A DNA stretch of 45,264 nucleotides, from positions 1-45,264 of IMG/VR virus record IMGVR_UViG_3300033512_000293; one strand, given 5' to 3'. How positions within the stretch are numbered: the first letter of the stretch is position 1; each line of letters begins with the position of its first letter. The notes under the pieces were generated by a model. It saw nothing but the letters and a program-made list of their open reading frames with translations, had not been told where the DNA came from and did not search any database. Positions 19,201-28,618 of this stretch are shown piece after piece. The translations under genes and the position numbers were made by a program. Source of the stretch: a virus (taxonomy: Duplodnaviria; Caudoviricetes).

Positions 19201-22012
19201 TAGATATTACAGATACTGTTACTTCTTTTGCAAAAGGTAATAATTGCCCGATAGTTTGGTTGAAGGTTACCCCTAAAGTATTTCCAAGTTTCTCCCAAGT
19301 TATTGCAAAACTTTCTGTTACAAATGTAGCTTTTTCTACTTCGCCTTGTACACCAGAGTTTAATTTTTGAAGGTGTCTAAAAAACTCATCGGCATTATTT
19401 CTTAACAAAGTAATTGATTGTAAGGCTAGAATATCCATACCTCTAGTAATCTTACCAAAATCACCATCAGACATATTTTTTAGTTTAGCAACAAACTCAG
19501 ACATCGCTGCATTTGATTCAGTAGTACCCATCTTCATACGAGCCATCATCATCTCTTGGTCAACACCCATTTGTCTAAAAAATGAAGTAACCTCAGTAGA
19601 TGTTTCTGCAAGAACATTAGAAAATCTTCTGATTTGTGTACCGATAGTAGATGCATTAACACCCGCATTTGAGAAAGAGATAGCCATTGCACTAACGGCA
19701 TTTGCAGTAAGCCCCGAGGACTTTGCAGCAGCTAAAGCATAGTTAGAGAAAGTTCCAATATCTTGGGTTGATAATCTTGATTGATTTGCAACATAGGCTA
19801 ATTGGTCTGCTAGGTCTGTTACTGATGGTGTTAGTCCTGTTGTAGCATCTTTTACGTCACCAAAAACTTCTCTATATGTAATTAAGGCACTTGCAGAAAC
19901 CGCAAAGGAATCTCCGGTTAACCTTGCCATTTTTATAATGTTTTCTGTTGCATCTGCAACTTCTGCTTTATCAAATCCTGCACGCCCTAATGCCAATGCA
20001 GCCTCGTTGATGTCTTTTAAACTTCCACCAAATTTTACGCCTAAGTCTGATAGTTTCTTTTCTAATCTTCCTGCTGAAGCTGCACTCATATCTAATACAG
20101 CAGATAATGTATGCACTGCTTGGTCAAACTCTAATACATATTTAACGCCATTAGAGATTAAATTAATTACACTATAAATTCCACCATATAAAGACGCATA
20201 CATTGAAGCACGGGCAGCGATATTCTGTGCCCATTTAACAACTGAAATTCTATTTAAATTATCAACAACATCTTTACTATGTAGTTTAGCTTCTGTTAAA
20301 GAAGAAGATAATTTTTTTGTCTCAGCAGTGGCACTAGAGAGGGCAGCAGAGGGATTAGTAGCAAAAGATGCATCAAACCCTTCCTTAGCTCTCTTAGCTG
20401 CATGTAGCTCTGCTGTGAGCCTCTCTATCATCTTATCTGCACCGCCCATAGAAGATTCTGATGCAAACTTTACCTTAGAGATTTTTAATTTTTCTAAAAG
20501 TCTAATTTGTTCTTGATAAGAAGCTACAATTTTATCATAAGACTTGTCAAAAGTTATCTTACCCCCGGCAATATCACTTAATCCTTTAAGTTTATCAGAT
20601 AAAATATTAACAGACCCAGAGGAAGAAACAACCTCCGCTCTAAATTTTTCTAACTCAACATTAATTTGTCTTACGTCACTTGAGGAGAGAGTAACCCCCT
20701 CCCCTGCTTGTGCTTTTGTTTGAATATTAGATGCTTCTCTAAGTAATGTTATTTTCTTATTAAGTAACGCCAACTCTTCTTTAGCTACATTAGGTTGTAT
20801 TTTACCTGAAGCTACAGCAGACTGTAAGGAAACTAACTGGTTTTTCAAGGAGTCTAAAGATACCTTTGAAGCTGCTGTAAGATTATTTTTAAGAACATCA
20901 ATTTCTGCTGATAAACTTTTAGTAGCACTCTTAAAATCTTCAAACTTCTTAGAGCTTTTTATGTCAAATGATATACTTTCTGTGTCAACCTTTGTTTTAG
21001 GCATACTAGAAGTTATTCTATTAACTTTAGCTACAAATGCACTAATTTGAGTAGAGTCTACATCAATAGGAATATTTAATTTTGTGTTCTGAATCAATTT
21101 TAATTTAGATTCTAACTTATTTAGTTGTGCTTCCCCTCTTGCAATTTCTGCAGCAGATGCAACACCTCTTTGAGATTTAATAGTATTTTCAAGTGCAGTT
21201 TTTTGAGATAATAGAAGTCTTTCAGCTTGGTCCAAGGCTGTTACAGATTCTTTTTGTTTACTTACAAGTTTCTTTTGTTGGTCATTAAGTTTCTCATATA
21301 TACCTGAAGCTGTACGCAATGCATTATTAGTTTCTTGAGGGTTTGCCTCTCCGCTAGCTATTTTATCTTTTAAGCCTGTAAGAGAAGAAATAGCAGATGT
21401 TTTTTTAGCAGAGGTAATATCTAAGGATGATAGTTTTTTAATAGTATCTTCAAGTTTTAATACATTCTTAGTAGAAACCTCTAATTCCTTGTTGAAGTTG
21501 TAAAGGTACTTTGAATCACCCGTCTTTTGCAAAATTTCATTTAACCCAGAAAATCTACCTAATAGCTTACTTACAACACTACTACTAACCCCAAGTTTTT
21601 CAAAGTTTGCTATAAGATTATAAATATTTTCAGTAACCCCATAAGTTGTACCACTAAGAGCTTGTTTAAGACCCCCTGCTTTATTGGTAATAACCCCAAC
21701 TTCCCTTGATAAACTTTTAAGGCCTCTTAAAGCATTTTCATCTGAAAGTCCTCCACTTGCTATTCCTTCCTGAATTTCAGAAATGGCATCTTGAATTTTA
21801 GAGAAGGCACCAACTGCAGATTTAGATAATTTATTTATTTGGGATTCAAAACTTTTTAAGCTTTTTGAGTCAGCTGGAAAGATAGAACTAGCAGATTTAG
21901 ACATAGCCTCTATAGTTTTATTAGTACTAACTAAGGAACCTTCTAGGCTCTTTAGTCCCTTTTGTACGAACTGAATTTCATAACTAACATTTCCACCATT
22001 ATTTTGAGCCAT
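16265..22012 (-). CDS. Tail tape measure protein
   Basis: 1915 aa, helical Ala/Ser/Lys rich, TP901-like core around residues 620-900, C-terminal FHTGGYV...DEVPAILQSGEYVL. Confidence 0.92.
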   Translation of the reverse strand: MAQNNGGNVSYEIQFVQKGLKSLEGSLVSTNKTIEAMSKSASSIFPADSKSLKSFESQINKLSKSAVGAFSKIQDAISEIQEGIASGGLSDENALRGLKSLSREVGVITNKAGGLKQALSGTTYGVTENIYNLIANFEKLGVSSSVVSKLLGRFSGLNEILQKTGDSKYLYNFNKELEVSTKNVLKLEDTIKKLSSLDITSAKKTSAISSLTGLKDKIASGEANPQETNNALRTASGIYEKLNDQQKKLVSKQKESVTALDQAERLLLSQKTALENTIKSQRGVASAAEIARGEAQLNKLESKLKLIQNTKLNIPIDVDSTQISAFVAKVNRITSSMPKTKVDTESISFDIKSSKKFEDFKSATKSLSAEIDVLKNNLTAASKVSLDSLKNQLVSLQSAVASGKIQPNVAKEELALLNKKITLLREASNIQTKAQAGEGVTLSSSDVRQINVELEKFRAEVVSSSGSVNILSDKLKGLSDIAGGKITFDKSYDKIVASYQEQIRLLEKLKISKVKFASESSMGGADKMIERLTAELHAAKRAKEGFDASFATNPSAALSSATAETKKLSSSLTEAKLHSKDVVDNLNRISVVKWAQNIAARASMYASLYGGIYSVINLISNGVKYVLEFDQAVHTLSAVLDMSAASAGRLEKKLSDLGVKFGGSLKDINEAALALGRAGFDKAEVADATENIIKMARLTGDSFAVSASALITYREVFGDVKDATTGLTPSVTDLADQLAYVANQSRLSTQDIGTFSNYALAAAKSSGLTANAVSAMAISFSNAGVNASTIGTQIRRFSNVLAETSTEVTSFFRQMGVDQEMMMARMKMGTTESNAAMSEFVAKLKNMSDGDFGKITRGMDILALQSITLLRNNADEFFRHLQKLNSGVQGEVEKATFVTESFAITWEKLGNTLGVTFNQTIGQLLPFAKEVTVSVISTLTNINRNFETFKTNFVNALQVIAGATGVLLLVGQLSKIGPLLIAARNAYVAFQLAVQIGGVSAVFSTLAATIATATAGLTTFTGIFKVLGTIVGTVAKHPIVLLLTAIAGAAMYATSSLNKTAGAVQNLDREGKVAVAENNIKAIQEKIANSTQNDPSSKETGDLIVELQNARRELLDAKKDLTTESAIKDAKSALFRAESYTSAYNSTITSGQPSTSMGEETKSSLIEAANSIKSIADVTLKAMQPGDSKAAELTKFSAELASAVKELSSADFKGGAGSEASQTVKHLSSLISKVENLTGVTEGIKIMGDTSQLQTQPLPAFKKEAYSGMPDVGTTNLGSAVSNKDVESIKKIVSDVTAQHNNYENVSSLTAQTTKRLDEIIVKVREGQDYAAKSMENTAPVEVKGLVKEFTEALKKTNNPISADLLREEYTKKAESQRDAALSGAQTEGERTRIEGASAGFIASLGKMVEGHRTINELETEKVKLLGMSRIKVAEMTDLHGEEAARAKTMRDLEAEALKLAVQQEAVMNKRVTAMSESALLQLKLAERQADQTKAEEYYTSLLRQREDITAQIANHNKSGVKDKKEQEELEKKSQAINERIAEAYKLQTTAMKDVQATENQIVATKTKELRLAQDIEAEYANYTNRTSGYEKDLAVLKEIERLVNSGGFSEGKARTMVSQKLGIDIEDKQDSLKQTDAFSMGVNNPSSIGIKQSERNINSSYDGLDATIKAKAANDLALLNQQKFELEQNGLDMSFEQQEQAGIRMTELQTSLAEAEVALAQSVQDRKNKIQAIGYGATAQNAKTSFDGLASIAEAYYTLSGKKSKTAFKAMQALQVASAIASTYQNAILGYQRGLEMPIVGSVMGPVMAAAAIAQGMMQVAQIKAQTFHTGGYVYDDNRAGLRSDEVPAILQSGEYVLSRNDLKAIKDTTSNTSGSSASPQKSEVVIVNSLDPSVIEQYLTSRAGRQIIKNAVK

Positions 22013-22045
22013 CTTAGAACCTTTATAAGCTTATATTAATACCCT

Positions 22046-22053
22046 ATAATCGT
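22046..22053 (-). promoter_or_regulatory. Candidate late-promoter element ACGATTAT
   Basis: Intergenic, 34 nt upstream of the tape measure start. Confidence 0.55.
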
Positions 22054-22055
22054 AT

Positions 22056-22739
22056 TTAACGATGTTGTTTAGACTCTCTTATTTGTTTATCCATCTGAGC
22101 CTTATTCCGTTCTTCAATCTTATTATTAACTAAAATGGATACTGAACAGAATGTTTGGGTTTGGTCAAACCAACCTCCAGCCTCTGGTAGAAACCCTGCT
22201 TTATGAATATTGTAAGCCTCTATTGCTGAATTAAGTAGATTGTTGTCCAACTCAAAAATAGGGCAATGAGTGAAAAGATTTCCAGCCACCACAATTTTAA
22301 AGTCTTTATTTTTTTCTTTTTCTCCAATGAATCCACAATTTCTAGTTCCTTGAAGTCTTTTTGATTTACATATATCACACTTCCATCCGTCAGAGGATAA
22401 AGTGTCAGAAAAATAAATATCTAAGTTAGTAGTAATTTTGTCAATAACTTCTGGGGAAAGAGTAGAAACTCTTAATACCTCTTTTGCAACATCATCAAGT
22501 ATCTCTACTGATAAATCATCTAAAGTTAAAATACCGCCAGAGGCGGTTTCAATTTTAATAAGGGCTAATTCACATGTTCTATAGGTGTACTGGTGAGTTT
22601 TTCCAGAAGAATATAAAGAAGAGAGGGTGTATAGCTGTCCCATAGTAAGGGTTTTAAAAATAAAGGTAACCTCAGGCAAAGAGGACAACAAGTATGCCTG
22701 AGGGGTATAATAATGTAATAACCGATGAATTGAGTTCAT
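22056..22739 (-). CDS. Tail assembly chaperone-like protein with Cys cluster
   Basis: Directly before the tape measure gene; CDIC...NCG...HCP and LPEAGGWFDQ. Confidence 0.6.
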   Translation of the reverse strand: MNSIHRLLHYYTPQAYLLSSLPEVTFIFKTLTMGQLYTLSSLYSSGKTHQYTYRTCELALIKIETASGGILTLDDLSVEILDDVAKEVLRVSTLSPEVIDKITTNLDIYFSDTLSSDGWKCDICKSKRLQGTRNCGFIGEKEKNKDFKIVVAGNLFTHCPIFELDNNLLNSAIEAYNIHKAGFLPEAGGWFDQTQTFCSVSILVNNKIEERNKAQMDKQIRESKQHR

Positions 22740-22751
22740 GGTGAGCTTATA

Positions 22752-23168
22752 TTAAGCTTCTTCTTTTTTTTCATTTCCTAAAAACAAGTCTGTATGCTCT
22801 GGACTTCTAGTAATGGAAGCAATAGTAGTTGCAACTTCTGTAACAACTTCTAAGGGTAACATCTCAATACAAGAATCATCCATAAATCCATTAGAATCTT
22901 TTTTAAACTTAACAGCAGCCTCTGAATCGTCTGTAATATTTTCCCAGCCCATTACTCCTCTTTTAACTAAGTTCCAGTTAAATGAGCCAGAAGCAAAACT
23001 AATTGTTGCATCTTCTTGGTTAATTTTTGTTAACCCATCTTCTAGTTTAGCAAAACTTTTAGAGTCAATACGTTTGATTTTTAATGTGAAAGGGGCCTCG
23101 TCTCCTCTGCAGGAAACGGGAATGTAGTCCAGTAACTGGTCTTTTTTTGTAGAAACAACTAAACCCAT
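22752..23168 (-). CDS. Tail assembly chaperone
   Basis: Follows the tail tube gene; GVMGWENITD motif. Confidence 0.7.
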   Translation of the reverse strand: MGLVVSTKKDQLLDYIPVSCRGDEAPFTLKIKRIDSKSFAKLEDGLTKINQEDATISFASGSFNWNLVKRGVMGWENITDDSEAAVKFKKDSNGFMDDSCIEMLPLEVVTEVATTIASITRSPEHTDLFLGNEKKEEA

Positions 23169-23204
23169 GATATTCTCCTATTTAATTTTAATCATAAAAG
23201 GCAA

Positions 23205-23218
23205 GGGGCCGAAGCCCC
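23205..23218 (-). terminator. Rho-independent terminator after the tail tube gene
   Basis: GGGGC-TTCG-GCCCC hairpin followed by TTGCCTTTT on the minus strand. Confidence 0.8.
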
Positions 23219-23222
23219 AATA

Positions 23223-24251
23223 TTACATATGAGCTACTAAGATAGCCTCACCTAAGACCGCATCTTCATAAGCTTCAAACTCAATCTTATTTTCAAGGAT
23301 ACCATCTGCATCTTCAATAGAAACACCTGTATAACGTGCTTTAGGGAAGTAAATAGCAAATTTATGGGTTCCAGAAACCATCTCAAGATAGATTTTAGCA
23401 TCAGTGTTATTTTTAAACTTATTAAGTTCATCATAGTTCTCAAAAGTAACAGACAATGAGCCTTTAACCATTTTCTTAGTTACCGCTTTAGAAGAAATAC
23501 CACTAGAAGTAATTGCCTCACGGTCAGTTACTGTATTTTCAACAGTGAAAGACAAGTCTTTTGCTTCATAAGCAACCCCAGAAACAGTAAATGTAGCATT
23601 TTTACCAACATAAGGATTCTCAGTAATAACTGTACCTGTTAAAATTGCTTCTCCTGCAGCTGTACTATAACCAGATGCACCAACATCAAAGGTAATAGTA
23701 GCAAGGTCTGCAACAGGAAAATCAAATTTAACACTTGAAGGTACAATACCTGTATAAGTAATAGTTTGGCTATCACCAACAGTACATCCTAGGAATTGCT
23801 TAACTGCCAAAGACGGTTGTGAACCACAAGGCTTAGAAAGCTTATAAAGAATAGCTGTACCCGTTTCCCCTGTAGTTGCTGGATATATTTCCTTAGCTAG
23901 TGTAATTCCAGCATCAGAATATCCAATAAAGGCACCACCAGCTAACGCATTAGCAGAACGAATACCAAGAGCAACTTCCAGTAAGTCAGCACCATTAAGG
24001 TCTTTGTCTACACCACCTAGTGGTACTAATTCAACACCACAAGTTCCACTTCCATAGATTTTTCCTGCCATTTTAGGGGCACTTAAGAAAGAGTTTTTGA
24101 TTGCCTTTCTTTCAATAGAGTCACCTTCAGGTTTCATAGAAGTATCTGAAGTTACCTCAACAACGTCTGCATTGGTAAATGTACCACCTGCGTTAAACGT
24201 AGCTTCTTTAATAATTGCATAAACTGCACTATTTGAGCGATAAATTGCCAT
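23223..24251 (-). CDS. Major tail (tube) protein
   Basis: 342 aa, position, own promoter-like motif and terminator; IYFPKARY...IEFEAY. Confidence 0.8.
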   Translation of the reverse strand: MAIYRSNSAVYAIIKEATFNAGGTFTNADVVEVTSDTSMKPEGDSIERKAIKNSFLSAPKMAGKIYGSGTCGVELVPLGGVDKDLNGADLLEVALGIRSANALAGGAFIGYSDAGITLAKEIYPATTGETGTAILYKLSKPCGSQPSLAVKQFLGCTVGDSQTITYTGIVPSSVKFDFPVADLATITFDVGASGYSTAAGEAILTGTVITENPYVGKNATFTVSGVAYEAKDLSFTVENTVTDREAITSSGISSKAVTKKMVKGSLSVTFENYDELNKFKNNTDAKIYLEMVSGTHKFAIYFPKARYTGVSIEDADGILENKIEFEAYEDAVLGEAILVAHM

Positions 24252-24279
24252 TGTTGTCCTTTATAAGTTTTATCAATCT

Positions 24280-24287
24280 ATTATCGT
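24280..24287 (-). promoter_or_regulatory. Candidate late-promoter element ACGATAAT
   Basis: Intergenic, 29 nt upstream of the tail tube start. Confidence 0.55.
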
Positions 24288-24300
24288 AAATAAAAAATAT

Positions 24301-24711
24301 TTATGCTAGTCGCTTAATATATTTTACTTTAAGGTTTAATTGAGCTACTGAATATGGGTGTAGCATACCACCATCTCTTTTAAAGTCTGTAATAATAGAT
24401 TCCACTGTATTAGTTCTTAAAAATTCATTACTTTCTATTGTTTTTTGTACTAACTCAACCAATTCTGATAAATTATCTTCATAGTCTGATGTTCGTTGCT
24501 TATTATAAATATACACTGGGATAACGGCATTTACCATAGCTTTACTATTAACCAAGTTATCTCTTTCCATCATATCTGACTCATAAACTAAAGCAACTGT
24601 AGGAAAATCCTTAACATCTGTCCACATTGGAATATTATTACCGTAAACACGTTTAAATTTTTTAGTTCTTTCTAAATCTTGAACTACAGAATTAATTATC
24701 TCTATTCTCAT
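24301..24711 (-). CDS. Tail terminator protein
   Basis: DFPTVAL...DGGMLHPY motifs; directly upstream of the tube gene. Confidence 0.65.
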   Translation of the reverse strand: MRIEIINSVVQDLERTKKFKRVYGNNIPMWTDVKDFPTVALVYESDMMERDNLVNSKAMVNAVIPVYIYNKQRTSDYEDNLSELVELVQKTIESNEFLRTNTVESIITDFKRDGGMLHPYSVAQLNLKVKYIKRLA

Positions 24712-25274
24712 ATTAAGCTCCCCACATTACCTATATTCATTCTCATTGTTATTAAAGAATCAATCACCTTTGACATAGTAGTAACTTCATTACCAGACCT
24801 ATTTTTAAAGGCCCCTGAAGTTTTCTTTCCGTATCCTAAAGTAACTCTATCTAACCAACCTACCCAAGAAGCTATTGAGCCATCTTTTCTCTGTCTAAAT
24901 CCTGCGTTAGTATACGAACCATAGGGATACTCTTCCGAGCCTCCTATATATCCTACACTCATTGTTACACCAATTGTATAATTTTTAGGGGTTTTATTAA
25001 AAGAAACGGAGGCCCTTATACTATCTCTAAGGTTTCCAGTATTGTAGTGAGGGAAAGGGGCATCGGGTCTTCTAGCGTGACTTTGAATTATACTTTCTGA
25101 TACTTTTTTATTAAGTGCATATTGTAAAGCAGACTTCCAAGCATTAGCTCTTTTATTTGCTTCAACATACATCTTTCTGGCCATAGCCTCAGTAACTTTA
25201 TCAATAGAAATTCTAACATTTTTTGATAAATAAGTAGTATCACCTGGAGTGTAAATCCCAGCAGAATATCCCAT
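24708..25274 (-). CDS. Neck / tail completion protein
   Basis: TGNLRDSI motif (HK97 gp10-like) and synteny. Confidence 0.6.
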   Translation of the reverse strand: MGYSAGIYTPGDTTYLSKNVRISIDKVTEAMARKMYVEANKRANAWKSALQYALNKKVSESIIQSHARRPDAPFPHYNTGNLRDSIRASVSFNKTPKNYTIGVTMSVGYIGGSEEYPYGSYTNAGFRQRKDGSIASWVGWLDRVTLGYGKKTSGAFKNRSGNEVTTMSKVIDSLITMRMNIGNVGSLI

Positions 25275-25275
25275 A

Positions 25276-25821
25276 TTAAAGCCTAAAAATTCTGTAGGCT
25301 TGTAAAATACTGTCCGCTAAGAATGGAATTGAGTCGAGGGGTTTTACAGATTGTTTAGTATCTGAACTAATTAATGCAATAGAGTCGAAATTTTTAGTAG
25401 CATCAGTGTGCATTTTTCTTCCTATTACATACATGGCATTAATCAAACTAGGAGGAATTAAATCTACAGAAGAATATCCTATAGTATAAGTAACTTCAAT
25501 ATTATAATCGCCAGCAATAAAAGTATTATCTGGGTAGATTATTAAGTTTTTCTTAATTTTTAATGTATCTAAGGGAGTATCCTCTCCATCTATTTTCAAG
25601 GAGGTTACGGAGACTATTTCTCCCTTAGAAGTATACAGTTTTGAAAGGCCTGTTCCATTCAATGTTTCAGTAATTGTACGCTCTATAATAGAAACTCCGT
25701 AGATGCTATAGATATGACTCTCAGCCCAAGTAAGAATAGTGCTTAATGCTGTTCTTACTTGTACGTCCGATGCCTCTACTTCTATGTAGTCTATAAAGCC
25801 GTCCTCTAATTCTTGAAACAT
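25276..25821 (-). CDS. Head completion / head-tail adaptor
   Basis: IEVTYTIGY..IPPSL...ILQAYR motifs and synteny. Confidence 0.7.
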   Translation of the reverse strand: MFQELEDGFIDYIEVEASDVQVRTALSTILTWAESHIYSIYGVSIIERTITETLNGTGLSKLYTSKGEIVSVTSLKIDGEDTPLDTLKIKKNLIIYPDNTFIAGDYNIEVTYTIGYSSVDLIPPSLINAMYVIGRKMHTDATKNFDSIALISSDTKQSVKPLDSIPFLADSILQAYRIFRL

Positions 25822-25831
25822 TTATTTTTCC

Positions 25832-26050
25832 TTATTTAGTTGAGGCTTTAGGCTTAGGGCCACTAACTTTTTCTTCAACGTCAACTACAGGTTCTGCAGG
25901 TTTTTCTTTAGTTTTACCAGCAACACTAAAAGCTGATGGGAATGTTTCTAAAACATAAGCTGCAGCTTTATCTGAGAGCTCATACTCACCTTCTTGAAAG
26001 TCTACACCAATTGTTGTAAGGCCTGGGCCCTCATACTTAATTTTTGGCAT
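25832..26050 (-). CDS. Small hypothetical protein after the capsid gene
   Basis: 72 aa, AAGGA SD, Lys/Pro-rich tail. Confidence 0.65.
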   Translation of the reverse strand: MPKIKYEGPGLTTIGVDFQEGEYELSDKAAAYVLETFPSAFSVAGKTKEKPAEPVVDVEEKVSGPKPKASTK

Positions 26051-26105
26051 CTATATTCCTTATTTCTTAACTCAATTATAGAAATATAATTGGACTAAAA
26101 AATAA

Positions 26106-26122
26106 TAGGGGCCGAAGCCCCT
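26106..26122 (-). terminator. Rho-independent terminator after the major capsid gene
   Basis: AGGGGC-TTCG-GCCCCT followed by ATTATTTTTT; same core as the 23205 hairpin. Confidence 0.85.
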
Positions 26123-26130
26123 AATCCTCG

Positions 26131-27324
26131 TTAAAGGTTAATGATTGCTGATACTGGAGTAGCAACAATAGAAAGTTTTTTAAAGTCGATGTCTCTGTAA
26201 CCAACATAAAGAGTTGAACTAGAAACCGCTTTTCTCTCGTCTTCAATACCGATTGTTCCTCTATCAGAAACACCAAAGAATCTCTTGTTAACAATCAACA
26301 CTGCAGTTTTTGTTCCAGCAACATCGACAACACCAAGGTTAGTCAAGTTCTCTGGAAGTGCAGCAGAAGCAACAATTGGCATACCATAAAGTTTACCGAT
26401 TTCACCTGTTAAAAGTGTAGCAGCTGAGCCATACTTGTCAACAGTCAATACTTGCTCAAGGCCAAGCATATCATAAGCAACTTTAACAGGAGCAATGATT
26501 ACAAGGTCAGCAAGGTTAAGACCATATACACCAAGTTTCTTTCTAGCAGCAAGAATACCTGCAGCAGAAATAGCACCGGTACCATCAACTGTATTACCCG
26601 CAGCAACACCGATTTTCAATAAACCATCAAATGCTTTACGAACATCATTTGCATCAGCAAATGCAGTATCACCAGCGATAATACCTTTTTCAGAAGCACG
26701 AGCCAAAGAACTAACAAGCTCTTGCTTAACAAGGTCCATAACAGCAACAACTGCTTCTTGGTCAGCTTGGTCAGTTACACTAACAAGTGTTTTGATACGA
26801 CTAGTAGCAAAAGTTACCTTACCAGCAGCAATTGTAGATTCAATAGCATCTGCACCAGGGGCGATTAAGTAAGCAACTGCATCTGTTGAACGGCCAGGGA
26901 TACTAAATTGATTACGATTTGCAGGCATTGTAAGCTTTGTAAACAAAGGCTCAACCATCAATTCTGCTTCAAGTTTTGTCAACATTTGACCACTAAACTC
27001 TTCAGCTAACCAACTAGAAATATCAGCAGGCTTAATTGCTTTTTCAATAGTAGCAGCCATTTCTTTAAACTCAGCGAAAGAAGAAGCATTTCTACCTGTC
27101 AATACTGATTTCAAGTAAAGGTTTGCACCAACACTTTTTGCTTTAGCAACTTCTTTATCATCTACAGACTTGTCCTCAAAAGATGTCTTACGGTCAGTAA
27201 GCTTAGCTTCGATGTCTTTTTGTAGCTCTTCAAGTTGTTTTTCAGAAGCAGTTTTTTGTGCTTCAATAGTACCCTTAAGGACTTCGAGTTCCTTATTCAT
27301 TTTGTCAATGGCTTCAATTCCCAT
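26131..27324 (-). CDS. Major capsid protein, HK97 fold with N-terminal coiled-coil scaffold (delta) domain
   Basis: ARKKLGVYG, VLTVDKYGSAATLLTGEIGKLYGMPIV (T5 pb8-like); follows the protease. Confidence 0.92.
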   Translation of the reverse strand: MGIEAIDKMNKELEVLKGTIEAQKTASEKQLEELQKDIEAKLTDRKTSFEDKSVDDKEVAKAKSVGANLYLKSVLTGRNASSFAEFKEMAATIEKAIKPADISSWLAEEFSGQMLTKLEAELMVEPLFTKLTMPANRNQFSIPGRSTDAVAYLIAPGADAIESTIAAGKVTFATSRIKTLVSVTDQADQEAVVAVMDLVKQELVSSLARASEKGIIAGDTAFADANDVRKAFDGLLKIGVAAGNTVDGTGAISAAGILAARKKLGVYGLNLADLVIIAPVKVAYDMLGLEQVLTVDKYGSAATLLTGEIGKLYGMPIVASAALPENLTNLGVVDVAGTKTAVLIVNKRFFGVSDRGTIGIEDERKAVSSSTLYVGYRDIDFKKLSIVATPVSAIINL

Positions 27325-27337
27325 TATAACTCCTATT

Positions 27338-28549
27338 TTAGTTTAAGATTGTGTTGACTCTTTGTTCTACTACCTGATGTAGGCGTAGAAGCTGAGAAAC
27401 GCTGCTATCAGAAGCCTCAGTTGCCGTTATAAATGATAATACCTGTTCAAAAGTTATTGTGTCAGGTTCTTTACCATCTCCCTCAGCAGTTTGGGTTGAG
27501 CCCTCAGCGTTTTGGGTGTTTGGGGTTGAGCCATCTCCACTCTTACCTTCTTCATTATCGTGTTCGTTCTTATTATCGTTGTTATTTTCGTTTTCTGCTT
27601 CTTTACTAATAGTATCTTTTAAAGATGTAATCATGGATAATAAATCTTCAGGGACTCCCTCAATGATTTTAGTTTCTTCCATTTCTTTATAGTGTTTTAA
27701 TAAGTGTTCAGATGCCTCTAACTTTTCCTCATTAGAAAACTTAGTATCTTCCATAGTAGATTTTAAAGCCGCAAAAGCAGAGTATACGCCTTCTTTACTA
27801 ACCAATAATTTTCCTTCTTTAATTTCATGATGAGGAAATTTCCAAGAAGATTTCTTTTCTAAATCCCCTACAACTAAGAAGGCCTCTTTAATAACTTCAG
27901 GTAAGTTAATATCTAAAATTTCTTGTGCCGCAATTGACTTATCCACTTCACTCCATTTGCTTTCAGATATTTCTTTATTTCTGATTTTTGAGGAGCATTT
28001 GAAGGTGTGTTCATTTGTTGCCTTGGAAGCAAGCATACAAGTACCATTTGCACAAGGCGACTGAGTAAGAACCGTAAAGATAGCATCTTGGTTATCTGGA
28101 ACAGAAACAATTGACACCTCCAATAATTCTACTGCCTTATAGTAATAAACATCAATGTGTGGGTCATACTGTGCATCAAGGGGTTTAAAACCAATTGAAA
28201 AAGTCTTTAATATTTTATTTTGTACTGCATAGAATACTTTTGGATTTAAAAGTTTGTGCACTTCTGCAGTTATTTCTAAACCATCCGTAGAAATTTTTAT
28301 ATCTATAATTTTACCAACAGGCTCTTGTTTGTCATGATAAGATAATAATATAGGGTTCTTCATGAAGTTTTCTAAGTTATACCCGTAAGGTAATACCGAG
28401 TCACCACTCCTGTCAATCACTAATTGTCCAGAGTTATCAAGGTATCTATTTGCATACCCTTTAATATACAAAACATTCTCATCTATTGGAGCCCCTAGCT
28501 CTTTGTTTTGCATTTCAAACTCTTTTACTATCAAAACTAACTTATCCAT
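27338..28549 (-). CDS. Prohead protease (HK97 family) with long C-terminal extension
   Basis: IKGYAN, NPILLSYHD, FSIGF, ELLEVSIVSVPDNQDAIF. Confidence 0.9.
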   Translation of the reverse strand: MDKLVLIVKEFEMQNKELGAPIDENVLYIKGYANRYLDNSGQLVIDRSGDSVLPYGYNLENFMKNPILLSYHDKQEPVGKIIDIKISTDGLEITAEVHKLLNPKVFYAVQNKILKTFSIGFKPLDAQYDPHIDVYYYKAVELLEVSIVSVPDNQDAIFTVLTQSPCANGTCMLASKATNEHTFKCSSKIRNKEISESKWSEVDKSIAAQEILDINLPEVIKEAFLVVGDLEKKSSWKFPHHEIKEGKLLVSKEGVYSAFAALKSTMEDTKFSNEEKLEASEHLLKHYKEMEETKIIEGVPEDLLSMITSLKDTISKEAENENNNDNKNEHDNEEGKSGDGSTPNTQNAEGSTQTAEGDGKEPDTITFEQVLSFITATEASDSSVSQLLRLHQVVEQRVNTILN

Positions 28550-28590
28550 TAAACACTTCCTCTTACTTTTTATTTAAGACTATCTAAAAT

Positions 28591-28598
28591 ATTATCGT
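28591..28598 (-). promoter_or_regulatory. Candidate late-promoter element ACGATAAT
   Basis: Intergenic, 42 nt upstream of the protease start. Confidence 0.55.
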
Positions 28599-28618
28599 TG
28601 ATTGCATAACTTCATGAC

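Noticed and set aside
22752-22775. Programmed -1 frameshift at the A8 run of the tail chaperone
   Set aside because: Both shifted frames hit stops within a few codons; the downstream ORF is in frame 0.
256-27692. Short plus-strand ORFs within the structural region (e.g. 1378, 7019, 10635, 18798, 22813, 26495)
   Set aside because: Antisense shadows of well-supported minus-strand genes, with no recognisable motifs.
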